From the NCBI GenBank assembly GCA_041497895.1, contig JBGQHJ010000147.1, forward strand, positions 1 through 12,132: 12,132 nt of DNA, written 5' to 3'. Each line of letters begins with the position of its first letter. The first letter of the stretch is position 1. The position numbers were made by a program, and so were the translations under genes. Below the pieces are notes generated by a model, which was not told the DNA's origin, did not search any database, and saw only the letters and a list, made by a program, of their open reading frames with translations. Source of the stretch: Candidatus Methylomirabilia bacterium (GTDB taxonomy: Bacteria; Methylomirabilota; Methylomirabilia; Rokubacteriales; CSP1-6). This document shows, one piece after another, positions 1 through 7,341 of this stretch.

Positions 1-2
1 CC

Positions 3-485
3 GTCGAGTACAAGGACGCGGGGGTCATCCTCACCGTCACCCCCCGGATCGGCGAGCAGGGCACGGTGGCGCTCGACGTGCGCCAGGAGGTCAACGAGGT
101 CGGGGCCGCCGAGCCGCCGCCGATCAACTCGCCGCGCTTCACCAAGCGCGAGGCCGAGACCTCGGTGGTGCTGCTGAGCAACCAGACGCTTGTGCTGGGC
201 GGCCTCATCCAGACCCGGCGCACGAACATCCGGATCGGCATCCCCGGGCTCAGCCGGATCCCGATCCTCGGCCTGCTCTTCGGCTCCAAGGAGGAGAAGA
301 TCGAGAAGACCGAGCTGGTCCTCATGATCACCCCGCGCGTGGTGGGGACGGCGGTCGAGGCGGCCCGCATCACGGAGGAGATGCGGCGCACGACCCCCGA
401 CCTGGAGGAGTCCATCCGCCGGGCGCCGCGCCGGCCGACCCCCCCGCCGGCCCCGCCCGCGCCCCCTCGCCCCGACGGCCAGTAG
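3..485 (+). CDS. gspD: Secretin (type II secretion GspD / PilQ family), C-terminal part; 5'-truncated by the window edge
   Basis: The frame is open from position 3, upstream of the tracked GTG at 66. It reads VEYKDAGVILTVTPRIGEQGTVALDVRQEV...FTKREAETSVVLLSNQTLVLGGLI...GIPGLSRIPILGLLFGS...TELVLMITPRVV, which carries the classic secretin-domain motifs (LxVTPxI, LVLGGL, GIPxLxxIPxLGxLF, ELxxxITP). It ends in a Pro-rich tail. GspD versus another secretin subtype is an inference. Confidence 0.88.
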   Translation, partial: VEYKDAGVILTVTPRIGEQGTVALDVRQEVNEVGAAEPPPINSPRFTKREAETSVVLLSNQTLVLGGLIQTRRTNIRIGIPGLSRIPILGLLFGSKEEKIEKTELVLMITPRVVGTAVEAARITEEMRRTTPDLEESIRRAPRRPTPPPAPPAPPRPDGQ

Positions 486-505
486 GGGAGAGTCCGCACG
501 GGCTA

Positions 506-534
506 TTGACAACCTCGCCGTGTCCGGGTAAGTT
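506..534 (+). promoter_or_regulatory. Sigma70-type promoter for the ABC operon
   Basis: Perfect -35 TTGACA at 506-511, 17-nt spacer, -10 TAAGTT at 529-534 (TAnnnT), then GC-rich GCGCGC. Predicted start of transcription near 540-542. It lies in the only sizeable intergenic region of the window. Confidence 0.8.
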
Positions 535-540
535 GCGCGC

Positions 541-692
541 CACTCTCGCGTCATCCGAACTGTCCGGCCCTCGGGGGAGTCGATGCCCGGCACGGGATCC
601 CTGGACAACCTTTCGGGACGGTCGTGGGTCGAAGAGACCCTCGTGGGATCCTGCCTCTCGCTCGCTCGTCCGGCCGGGCGGGGCCGCCCCAG
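541..692 (+). other. Long structured 5' leader (candidate cis-regulatory RNA)
   Basis: About 150 nt between the promoter and ATG 693. Visible helices: 549-567 with 601-620 (CGUC/GACG, CCGAA/UUCGG, UGUCCGG/CUGGACA), hairpin 582-599, hairpin GGGUC-GAAGA-GACCC 626-640, alternative stem 589-601 with 645-655, hairpin 676-689. Confidence 0.45.
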
Positions 693-1469
693 ATGGCGCG
701 GCTGAGCCTCGAGGGGGTGTACCTCCAGTTCGGCGGCGTCGCCGCCCTCGCGGGCGTGAGCCTCGAGGTCCACCCGCAGGACTTCCTGGCCATCATCGGG
801 CCCAACGGGGCCGGCAAGACCAGCATCTTCAACTGCATCAGCGGTATCTACACGCCGAGCCGGGGGCATATCCGCTTCGACGGCCGGGACATCACGCGGC
901 TGAAGCCCCACCAGCGGGCGCGCCTCGGGATCGCCCGCACCTTCCAGAACATCGCGCTGTTCAAGGGCATGAGCGTGCTCGACAACATCAAGATCGGCCG
1001 GCACGTGCACCTCCGCGCGGGCGTGCTGGCCTCGGGCGCCTACTACGGGCGGGCGGCCCGGGAGGAGCGCCTGCACCGGGGGATCATCGAGCGCGAGATC
1101 ATCGACCTGCTCGAGCTCCAGGACATCCGGCACAAGATCGTCGGCACCCTGCCCTACGGGCTCCAGAAGCGGGTGGAGCTGGCCCGGGCCCTCGCCCTCG
1201 ACCCGACCGTGCTCCTGCTCGACGAGCCGACCGCCGGGATGAACGCGGAGGAGACCGAGGACATGGTGCGGTTCGTCCTCTACGTCAAGCGGGTGAAGCG
1301 CCTGGCGGTGGTGATGATCGAGCACGACATGGGCGTGGTGATGGACATCTCCGACCGCGTGGTCGTGCTCGACTTCGGGCAGAAGATCGCGGAGGGCACG
1401 CCCGAGCAGATGCAGCAGGATCCCGCGGTGATCAAGGCCTACCTCGGCGAAGCCGCGGAGGCGGTCTAG
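693..1469 (+). CDS. livG: HAAT/Liv-family ABC transporter ATP-binding protein (LivG-like), module 1
   Basis: Walker A GPNGAGKT, RTFQN Q-loop, degenerate signature LPYGLQK, Walker B LLLDEP, IEHDM H-loop, C-terminal VIKAYLG. ATG 693 (MARLSLEGV) was chosen over GTG 624 because the domain begins there. Confidence 0.93.
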   Translation: MARLSLEGVYLQFGGVAALAGVSLEVHPQDFLAIIGPNGAGKTSIFNCISGIYTPSRGHIRFDGRDITRLKPHQRARLGIARTFQNIALFKGMSVLDNIKIGRHVHLRAGVLASGAYYGRAAREERLHRGIIEREIIDLLELQDIRHKIVGTLPYGLQKRVELARALALDPTVLLLDEPTAGMNAEETEDMVRFVLYVKRVKRLAVVMIEHDMGVVMDISDRVVVLDFGQKIAEGTPEQMQQDPAVIKAYLGEAAEAV

Positions 1470-1476
1470 GGCCGCG

Positions 1477-3330
1477 GTGGAGACCACGACCGCGGTGGAC
1501 CACGGCACGTTCCCCCGTCGGCTCGTCGAGCGCGCCCGGCGGAGCGGCGGGATGGTGGCGCTGCGCGAGAAGAAGTTCGGCATCTGGCAAGAGGTGACGT
1601 GGCGGGAGTACGCGGCCCACGTGCGCGCGGTGGCCCTCGGGCTGGAACACCTCGGGCTCGGGCCCGGCGACACCGTCGCGGTGATCTCGGGCAACCGGCC
1701 CGCCTGGCTCTACGTGGAGCTGGCCGTCCAGTCGCTCGGCGCCATCCCTCTCGGGATCTTCGTCGACGCCATGCCGGAGCAGGTGCGCCGCGTGCTCGAT
1801 CACAGCGAGGCGCGTCTCGTCCTCGCCGAGGACCAGGAGCAGGTCGACAAGGTGCTCGGGGTCCGCGACGCCCTGCCGAGGCTCGAGCGGATCGTCGTGG
1901 AGGACACCCGCGGGCTCGAGACGTACCGCGATCCCATGCTCGTGAGCCTGGCGGACGTGGAGGCCCGGGGGCGCGAGATCGACGAGCGGGACCGGGGGCG
2001 GTACGAGTCGCTGGTGGCCCAGCGGCGGCCCGACGACGCGGCGCTCCTCTCCTACACCTCCGGCACCACCGGCCTGGCCAAGGCCGCGATGATCAGCCAC
2101 CGCAATCTCCTGGCCATGGCCGCGGGGGTGACCGCGGTCGACCCGGTGCGCGAGGGCGACGAGATCGTCTCGTTCCTGCCCTTCGCGTGGGTCGGGGAGC
2201 AGCTCATCAGCGTGGCGATGGCGCTCCACGTGGGTGCCACCGTGAATTTCCCCGAGGAGCCGGAGACGGTGCGCGAGGATCTCCGGGAGATCGGGCCTCA
2301 CGTGATGATCGCCCCTCCGCGCTTCTGGGAGGCGATGTGCTCGGACTACCAGATTAAGATCGCCGATTCCGGGCTCGTCAAGCGCCTGGCCACGCGCGCC
2401 GCGCTGGCGCTGGGTGAGCGGGCGGCGGTGAGCGAGTGCGGTCGCGCGCGGTCCGGCGGGGGGGCCCGGGCCCAGCGCGCGCTCGCGCGGCTCCTGGCGT
2501 TCCGCACGCTGCTCGACAAGCTCGGGCTCTCCCGCGTGCGGCGGGCCTATACCGGCGGCGCGCCGCTGGGACCGGAGATCTTCGCCTTCTTCCGCGCGAT
2601 CGGGCTCAACCTCAAGCAGGTCTACGGCCAGACCGAGACCGCGGGGATCTGCGTCGTCCACCCGGACGGAGAGGTCCGCGCGGTGACGGTCGGCAAGCCG
2701 ACCCCGGGGACCCGGGTGCGGATCTCAGAGAGCGGCGAGATCCTCGTGGCGGGCGAGAGCGTCTTCCTGGGCTACTACAAGAACCCGGAGGCGACCGCGC
2801 GAGCGCTCGATGACGGCTGGCTGCGCACGGGCGACGCGGGCTTCCTCGACGAGCACGGCCACCTCGTGATGATCGACCGGCTCACCGACGTGCTGAAGAC
2901 CGCGGACGGCTCGCGCTTCTCCCCGGCCCTGATCGAGAACAAGCTCAAGTACAGCCCGTTCGTCCGGGAGGCGGTGGTGATCGGCGAGGAGCGGCCGTAC
3001 GTGGTCGCGCTGATCCAGATCGACATGGGCAACGTCGGCAGCTGGGCGGAGGCGCGGCGGCTTCCGTTCACCACCTTCAAGGATCTCTCCGGCAAGCTCG
3101 AGGTCGTGGCCCTGATCCGGGAAGCGGTCGGCCGGGTCAACCAGGATCTTCCGGAGGCGGCCCGGATCCGGGAGTTCGCGCTGTTCGAGAAGGAGCTCCA
3201 TGCCGACGACGAGGAGCTGACCCGGACCCAGAAGGTCCGGCGGGCGACGATCGTGACCAAGTACCGGGGCATGATCGACGCGCTGTACGCGGGGACCGCG
3301 TCGGCAAAGAGCCTCGCGGGAGCGAGGTAG
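1477..3330 (+). CDS. AMP-binding enzyme, long-chain acyl-CoA synthetase-like (ANL superfamily)
   Basis: 617 aa. P-loop YTSGTTGLAK, SFLPFAW, TGGAPL, YGQTE, GYYKNPEAT, GWLRTGDAG, and C-terminal ELTRTQKVRR with the catalytic Lys. GTG start; a second in-frame GTG at 1495 is an alternative. Confidence 0.92.
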   Translation: METTTAVDHGTFPRRLVERARRSGGMVALREKKFGIWQEVTWREYAAHVRAVALGLEHLGLGPGDTVAVISGNRPAWLYVELAVQSLGAIPLGIFVDAMPEQVRRVLDHSEARLVLAEDQEQVDKVLGVRDALPRLERIVVEDTRGLETYRDPMLVSLADVEARGREIDERDRGRYESLVAQRRPDDAALLSYTSGTTGLAKAAMISHRNLLAMAAGVTAVDPVREGDEIVSFLPFAWVGEQLISVAMALHVGATVNFPEEPETVREDLREIGPHVMIAPPRFWEAMCSDYQIKIADSGLVKRLATRAALALGERAAVSECGRARSGGGARAQRALARLLAFRTLLDKLGLSRVRRAYTGGAPLGPEIFAFFRAIGLNLKQVYGQTETAGICVVHPDGEVRAVTVGKPTPGTRVRISESGEILVAGESVFLGYYKNPEATARALDDGWLRTGDAGFLDEHGHLVMIDRLTDVLKTADGSRFSPALIENKLKYSPFVREAVVIGEERPYVVALIQIDMGNVGSWAEARRLPFTTFKDLSGKLEVVALIREAVGRVNQDLPEAARIREFALFEKELHADDEELTRTQKVRRATIVTKYRGMIDALYAGTASAKSLAGAR

Positions 3331-3338
3331 CGCGGGCC

Positions 3339-4238
3339 ATGATCGACCAGCTCGTGTTCATGCTCCAGCTGATCATCACGGGCGTGGCGGTGGGCGGCGT
3401 CTATTCGCTGATGGCGCTCGGGTTCGTGCTGATCTTCAAAGCGTCGAGCGTGGTCAACTTCGGGCCGGGCGAGCTGGTCCTGTTCGGCGCCTACGTCTCG
3501 TGGGCCACCATCTTGCCCATGAAGCTGCCACTCTACATCGCCCTCCCGCTCACCTTCCTGGTAGCGGTCCTCCTCGGCCTCGTAATCGAGCGGGGCGTGC
3601 TGCGCCCGCTCATCGGCGAGCCGATCATCTCGGTGATCATGGTCACCTTCGGGGTCGCGAGCGTGATCCGGGGCTTCCTCAACATGACCTGGGGCAGCGA
3701 CACGCGTCCGTTCCCGGTGCTGTTCTCGCCGGAGCCGTTCCATCTGGGGCCGGTGCCGGTGTCCCCCGTGCATCTCTGGAGCTTCGTGGGCGTGCTCGTC
3801 CTGCTCGCCGCGTTCTCGCTGTTTTTCAAGTTCTCCCTCATCGGCAAGGCCATGCGCGCGACCGCGGACAACCAGCAGGTCGCCCAGTCCCTGGGGATCA
3901 GTGTCAAGCGGGTGTTCGCGCTCTCCTGGTGCATCGCCACCGTGGTGTCGACGCTGGCGGGGATCATCCTCGGCAGCGTGCGGGGGGGTGTCGACTTCTC
4001 CCTCGCCGATCTCGGTCTCAAGGTGTTCCCGGTCGTGATCCTGGGCGGCCTCGACAGCGTGACCGGCGCGATCATCGGGGGCGTGCTCATCGGCGTGCTC
4101 GAGAACCTCTCGGGCGGCTATCTCGATCCGGTCCTCGGCGGTGGCGTCAAGGAGGTGGCGCCCTTCGTCGTTCTCGTGGTCATTCTGATGTTTCGGCCTT
4201 ACGGCCTGTTCGGCAAGGTCGAGGTCGAGCGCGTCTGA
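3339..4238 (+). CDS. livH: HAAT ABC permease (LivH-like), module 1
   Basis: Hydrophobic 299 aa. GxxxGGVYSLMALGFVLIFKASSVVNF, GKAMRATADNQQVAQSLGI, VILGGLDS, RPYGLFG motifs. Confidence 0.92.
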   Translation: MIDQLVFMLQLIITGVAVGGVYSLMALGFVLIFKASSVVNFGPGELVLFGAYVSWATILPMKLPLYIALPLTFLVAVLLGLVIERGVLRPLIGEPIISVIMVTFGVASVIRGFLNMTWGSDTRPFPVLFSPEPFHLGPVPVSPVHLWSFVGVLVLLAAFSLFFKFSLIGKAMRATADNQQVAQSLGISVKRVFALSWCIATVVSTLAGIILGSVRGGVDFSLADLGLKVFPVVILGGLDSVTGAIIGGVLIGVLENLSGGYLDPVLGGGVKEVAPFVVLVVILMFRPYGLFGKVEVERV

Positions 4239-5281
4239 TGCAGTGTGGCGGGTTCCGGACCAGCTATCGCTCGGACGAGCGGATCTTCGACACCGCGGTC
4301 CCGGTCGTCGGCGTGCTCCTGCTGGTCGGCGTGCTCGCGCTCGCGCCGCGGTTCGCCGGCACCTACTGGCTCGACGTACTGAACCGGATCGGCATCGCGA
4401 TCATCGGGGCGCTGGGGCTCAACATCCTGGTCGGCTACACCGGGCAGATCTCGATCGGGCAGGCCGCGTTCCTGGCGGTCGGCGCCTACTCCACCGCCAT
4501 TCTCGAGGCCAACGCGGGGCTGCCGTTCTACCTCGCCATTCCGCTGGCCGCGCTGATCGCGTCCGGAGTCGGTCTCGTGTTCGGCATTCCGTCCCTCCGG
4601 CTGAAGGGCCTCTATCTGGCCATCGCCACGCTCGCGGCCCACTTCATCACCACCTACGGCATCGTCCACTGGGAGAGCATGACGAAGGGCGTGCTGGGGC
4701 TGATGGTCCCCCCCGCCACCGTCTTCGGGATGCCGCTCGATTCGGACGCGCGGGTCTTCTACCTCATCTTCGCCCTGGTGATCCCGGCCACGTTCTTCGC
4801 CAAGAACCTGTTCCGGACCCGGGTCGGCCGGGCGTTCATCGCGATCCGAGATCGCGACGTGGCGGCCGGGGTCATGGGGATCAGCCTGTATCGGTACAAG
4901 CTGCTCGCCTTCGTGATCAGTTCGTTCTACGCGGGGGTGGCCGGGGGCCTGATGGCGCACCAGTCGCGCATCTTGTTCCCCGACGCGTTCACTCTGTTGG
5001 TCGCCATCGACTACCTGGCGATGATCATCATCGGGGGCCTCGGCAGCATCCTCGGCGCGATCTTCGGCGCCGTCTTCATGACCCTGCTGCCGGAGGTGCT
5101 CAAGCTCGGAGCGACGTCGCTGACCGGAGTGTACCCGAACGCGTTCGGCCTCATCGCCTCGACGCGAGACATCGTCTTCGGCTTCGCGGTCATCCTGTTC
5201 CTGATGTACGAGCCCCAGGGCTTGGCGCGCATCTGGCTTCGGGTCCGCATCTACTGGAAGCTCTGGCCGTATGCGTACTGA
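4238..5281 (+). CDS. livM: HAAT ABC permease (LivM-like), module 1
   Basis: Starts at ATG 4238, overlapping the upstream stop (TGATG), within tracked ORF 3500..5281. 347 aa. LGLNILVGYTGQISIGQAAF, LRLKGLYLAIATL, GRAFIAIRDRDVAA, MIIIGGLGS, EPQGL motifs. Confidence 0.92.
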   Translation: MQCGGFRTSYRSDERIFDTAVPVVGVLLLVGVLALAPRFAGTYWLDVLNRIGIAIIGALGLNILVGYTGQISIGQAAFLAVGAYSTAILEANAGLPFYLAIPLAALIASGVGLVFGIPSLRLKGLYLAIATLAAHFITTYGIVHWESMTKGVLGLMVPPATVFGMPLDSDARVFYLIFALVIPATFFAKNLFRTRVGRAFIAIRDRDVAAGVMGISLYRYKLLAFVISSFYAGVAGGLMAHQSRILFPDAFTLLVAIDYLAMIIIGGLGSILGAIFGAVFMTLLPEVLKLGATSLTGVYPNAFGLIASTRDIVFGFAVILFLMYEPQGLARIWLRVRIYWKLWPYAY

Positions 5282-5314
5282 GCCGATATCCCCAACTCTC
5301 GGAAGGAGGGCGTT

Positions 5315-6511
5315 ATGAGCTACGCGCGTGACCTGCTCGTCCGGTTCGTCCTGATCGGCCTGTTCGTGGTGGGACTCGGCGCGCCGACGAGCGAGGCGCA
5401 AGGGGTCATCAAGATCGGCAACCTCGTGGACCTCACCGGGCCGACCTCCGACCAGGGCAAGGACATCGCCCAGGGACGGATCGACGCGGTGCAGTACTTC
5501 AACGACCGCGGCGGCGTGAACGGCAAGAAGATCGAGCTGGTGAGCGTGGAGTACGGGTTCCAGCCGCCGCGGGCGGTGGCGGCCTACAAGCGGTTCGTCG
5601 AGGAGGACAAGGTGCTGCTCGTCCTGGGCTACGGGACGCCCGACACCGAGGCCCTGCGCCCGTACATCACCAAGGACAAGATCCCGTACATCTCCGGCTC
5701 CTACTCCGGGCACCTCACCGATCCGCGCCAGACCCCGTACAACTTCCCGGGCGGCATCGACTACACGAGCCAGATCCGAATTTTCCTGAACTACGTGAAG
5801 GCGACGTGGACCGACACGAGCCGCAAGCCTCGGGTCGCGTTCATCTACGCCGACAACGCCTACGGCCGAGCGCCCATCGAGTCCGGACGCCTCTACGCCA
5901 AGGACGTCGGGGTCGACCTGGTGGACGAGGAGATCATCCCCACCGTCCTGACCGACGCGACGTCGCAGCTGCTGACGATGAAGAAGAAGGATCCGGACTA
6001 CGCCTACATCAACACGAACACCCAATGGGTCCCGGTGGTGCTGAAGGACTCGTACAAGCTCGGCCTCAAGACGAAGTACCTGGTCAACAACTACGGCATC
6101 GACGAGCGCACGCCGAAACTGGCCGGCGAGGCGGCCGAGGGCGTGATGGGCATCCAGGACGTGGCCTACTGGGGCGAGAACGTGCCGGGCATGAAGACCT
6201 TGATGGAGTTCAACCAGAAGCACCACGGCGGCGAGATCCACGCTTCCCCCTACATGCGCGGGTGGCTGTGCGTGATCCTGTCCGCCGAGGCGATCAAGCG
6301 GGCCGGTGACACTCTGACCGGGGAGTCGATCAAGAAGGCGCTGGAGAGCCTGAAGGACTTCGACACCTGGGGGATCACCCCCCCGTTCACCTACACCAAC
6401 GAGGACCATCGCCCCACCAATCGGGCGCGGCTGGTGATGATCAAGGGCGGCAAGATCGTGCAGATGAAGGAGGTCTCGGTCGAGCGCGACATGAAGTGGA
6501 TCGGGAAGTAG
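5315..6511 (+). CDS. Type I periplasmic substrate-binding protein (LivJ/LivK-like fold), module 1
   Basis: Strong SD GGAAGGAGG at 5301-5309. Signal peptide ending ...PTSEA|QG. IKIGxLxDLTGP, NxxGGVNGKKIEL, DNAYG motifs. 398 aa. Ligand unknown. Confidence 0.92.
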   Translation: MSYARDLLVRFVLIGLFVVGLGAPTSEAQGVIKIGNLVDLTGPTSDQGKDIAQGRIDAVQYFNDRGGVNGKKIELVSVEYGFQPPRAVAAYKRFVEEDKVLLVLGYGTPDTEALRPYITKDKIPYISGSYSGHLTDPRQTPYNFPGGIDYTSQIRIFLNYVKATWTDTSRKPRVAFIYADNAYGRAPIESGRLYAKDVGVDLVDEEIIPTVLTDATSQLLTMKKKDPDYAYINTNTQWVPVVLKDSYKLGLKTKYLVNNYGIDERTPKLAGEAAEGVMGIQDVAYWGENVPGMKTLMEFNQKHHGGEIHASPYMRGWLCVILSAEAIKRAGDTLTGESIKKALESLKDFDTWGITPPFTYTNEDHRPTNRARLVMIKGGKIVQMKEVSVERDMKWIGK

Positions 6512-7306
6512 ATGCTGCGTCTGAACAACATCCAGGTCATCTACAGCGAGGTCATTCTCGTCCTGAAGGGGCTGTCACTCGACGTGGAGGAGGGCAAGAT
6601 CGTCGCCCTCCTGGGGGCCAACGGGGCGGGCAAGACCACGACGCTGAAGGCGATCTCGGGCCTGCTGAAGACCGAGGGCGGTGCGGTCACCGACGGCAGC
6701 ATCGAGTTCATGGACCAGCGGATCGACGGGCGCGATCCCGAGGCGATCTGCCGCCTCGGGATCGTGCAGGTCATGGAAGGCCGCAAGGTGCTCGAGAGCA
6801 TGACGGTGGAGGAGAACCTCCGGATCGGCGGCTACTCGCGGCGGGACCGGGACGGGGTGCGCCGCGATATGCAGATGATCTACGACTACTTCCCGCGGCT
6901 GGTCGAGCGGCGAGATCAGATCGCCGGCTACCTGTCGGGGGGCGAGCAGCAGATGCTGGTGATCGGACGCGCCCTGATGGCCAAGCCGCGGCTCCTGCTG
7001 CTGGACGAGCCGTCGCTCGGCCTGGCCCCGCTGCTCGTGAAGGAGATCTTCACGATCATCCAGAAGATCAACCGCGAGCGGGGCACCACGTTCCTGCTCG
7101 TCGAGCAGAATGCCCAGATCGCGCTCGGCATCGCGGACTACGGCTACATCATGGAGAACGGGCGGATCGTGCTCGACGGCCCGGCCGACAAGCTGCGCGG
7201 CAACGACGACGTCCGGGAGTTCTACCTCGGGCTCAGCGAGGCGGGCCGCCGGAAGAGCTTCCGGGAGATGAAGTTCTACAGGCGCCGCAAGCGGTGGGTG
7301 TTTTGA
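6512..7306 (+). CDS. livF: HAAT ABC ATP-binding protein (LivF-like), module 1
   Basis: Walker A GANGAGKT, VMEGR, signature LSGGEQQML, LLLDEPSLGLAP, VEQN, VREFYLG, followed by a basic tail RRKSFREMKFYRRRKRWVF. Starts immediately after the upstream TAG. Confidence 0.94.
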   Translation: MLRLNNIQVIYSEVILVLKGLSLDVEEGKIVALLGANGAGKTTTLKAISGLLKTEGGAVTDGSIEFMDQRIDGRDPEAICRLGIVQVMEGRKVLESMTVEENLRIGGYSRRDRDGVRRDMQMIYDYFPRLVERRDQIAGYLSGGEQQMLVIGRALMAKPRLLLLDEPSLGLAPLLVKEIFTIIQKINRERGTTFLLVEQNAQIALGIADYGYIMENGRIVLDGPADKLRGNDDVREFYLGLSEAGRRKSFREMKFYRRRKRWVF

Positions 7307-7341
7307 GTACGCGATCGCGATCCGCACAGGGGGGACTGGAC

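Noticed and set aside
602..625. GGACAACC...GGGACG resembling the c-di-GMP-I (GEMM) riboswitch
   Set aside because: No GNRA-capped stem, no GCAAA junction and no tetraloop-receptor stem follows.
573..640. Resemblance to the yybP-ykoY (Mn2+) riboswitch: GGGGGAGU...GAGACCC with UCGAU(580-584)/GUCGA(628-632) pairing
   Set aside because: It lacks the exact GGGGAGUAGC...GCGAGACC internal-loop geometry and a clear four-way junction, and the downstream genes are not typical targets. Only an Rfam scan could rescue the call.
626..644. Hairpin GGGTC-GAAGA-GACCC as an intrinsic terminator
   Set aside because: Only 5 bp and followed by TCGT rather than a U-tract. Kept only as part of the leader structure.
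1472..1499. 10-bp direct repeat CCGCGGTGGA at 1472 and 1490
   Set aside because: Only two copies at the ligase start. It merely gives alternative GTG starts and is not an array or target-site duplication.
506..1597. 363-aa + strand ORF starting at TTG 506
   Set aside because: Arg/Gly/Pro-rich off-frame shadow of livG; its TTG is the -35 box.
3500..4237. Apparent 593-aa permease fusion (ORF 3500..5281)
   Set aside because: The N-terminal part is an off-frame reading of livH; the real gene starts at ATG 4238 by TGATG coupling.
7310..7319. Perfect 10-bp palindrome CGCGATCGCG (contains the HIP1 octamer GCGATCGC) between the modules
   Set aside because: Single short GC-rich palindrome with no nearby promoter; plausible by chance in this composition.
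6496..7341. Apparent 680-aa binding protein (ORF 6496..8538)
   Set aside because: The N-terminal part overlaps livF in another frame; an SD and signal peptide define the start at 7342.
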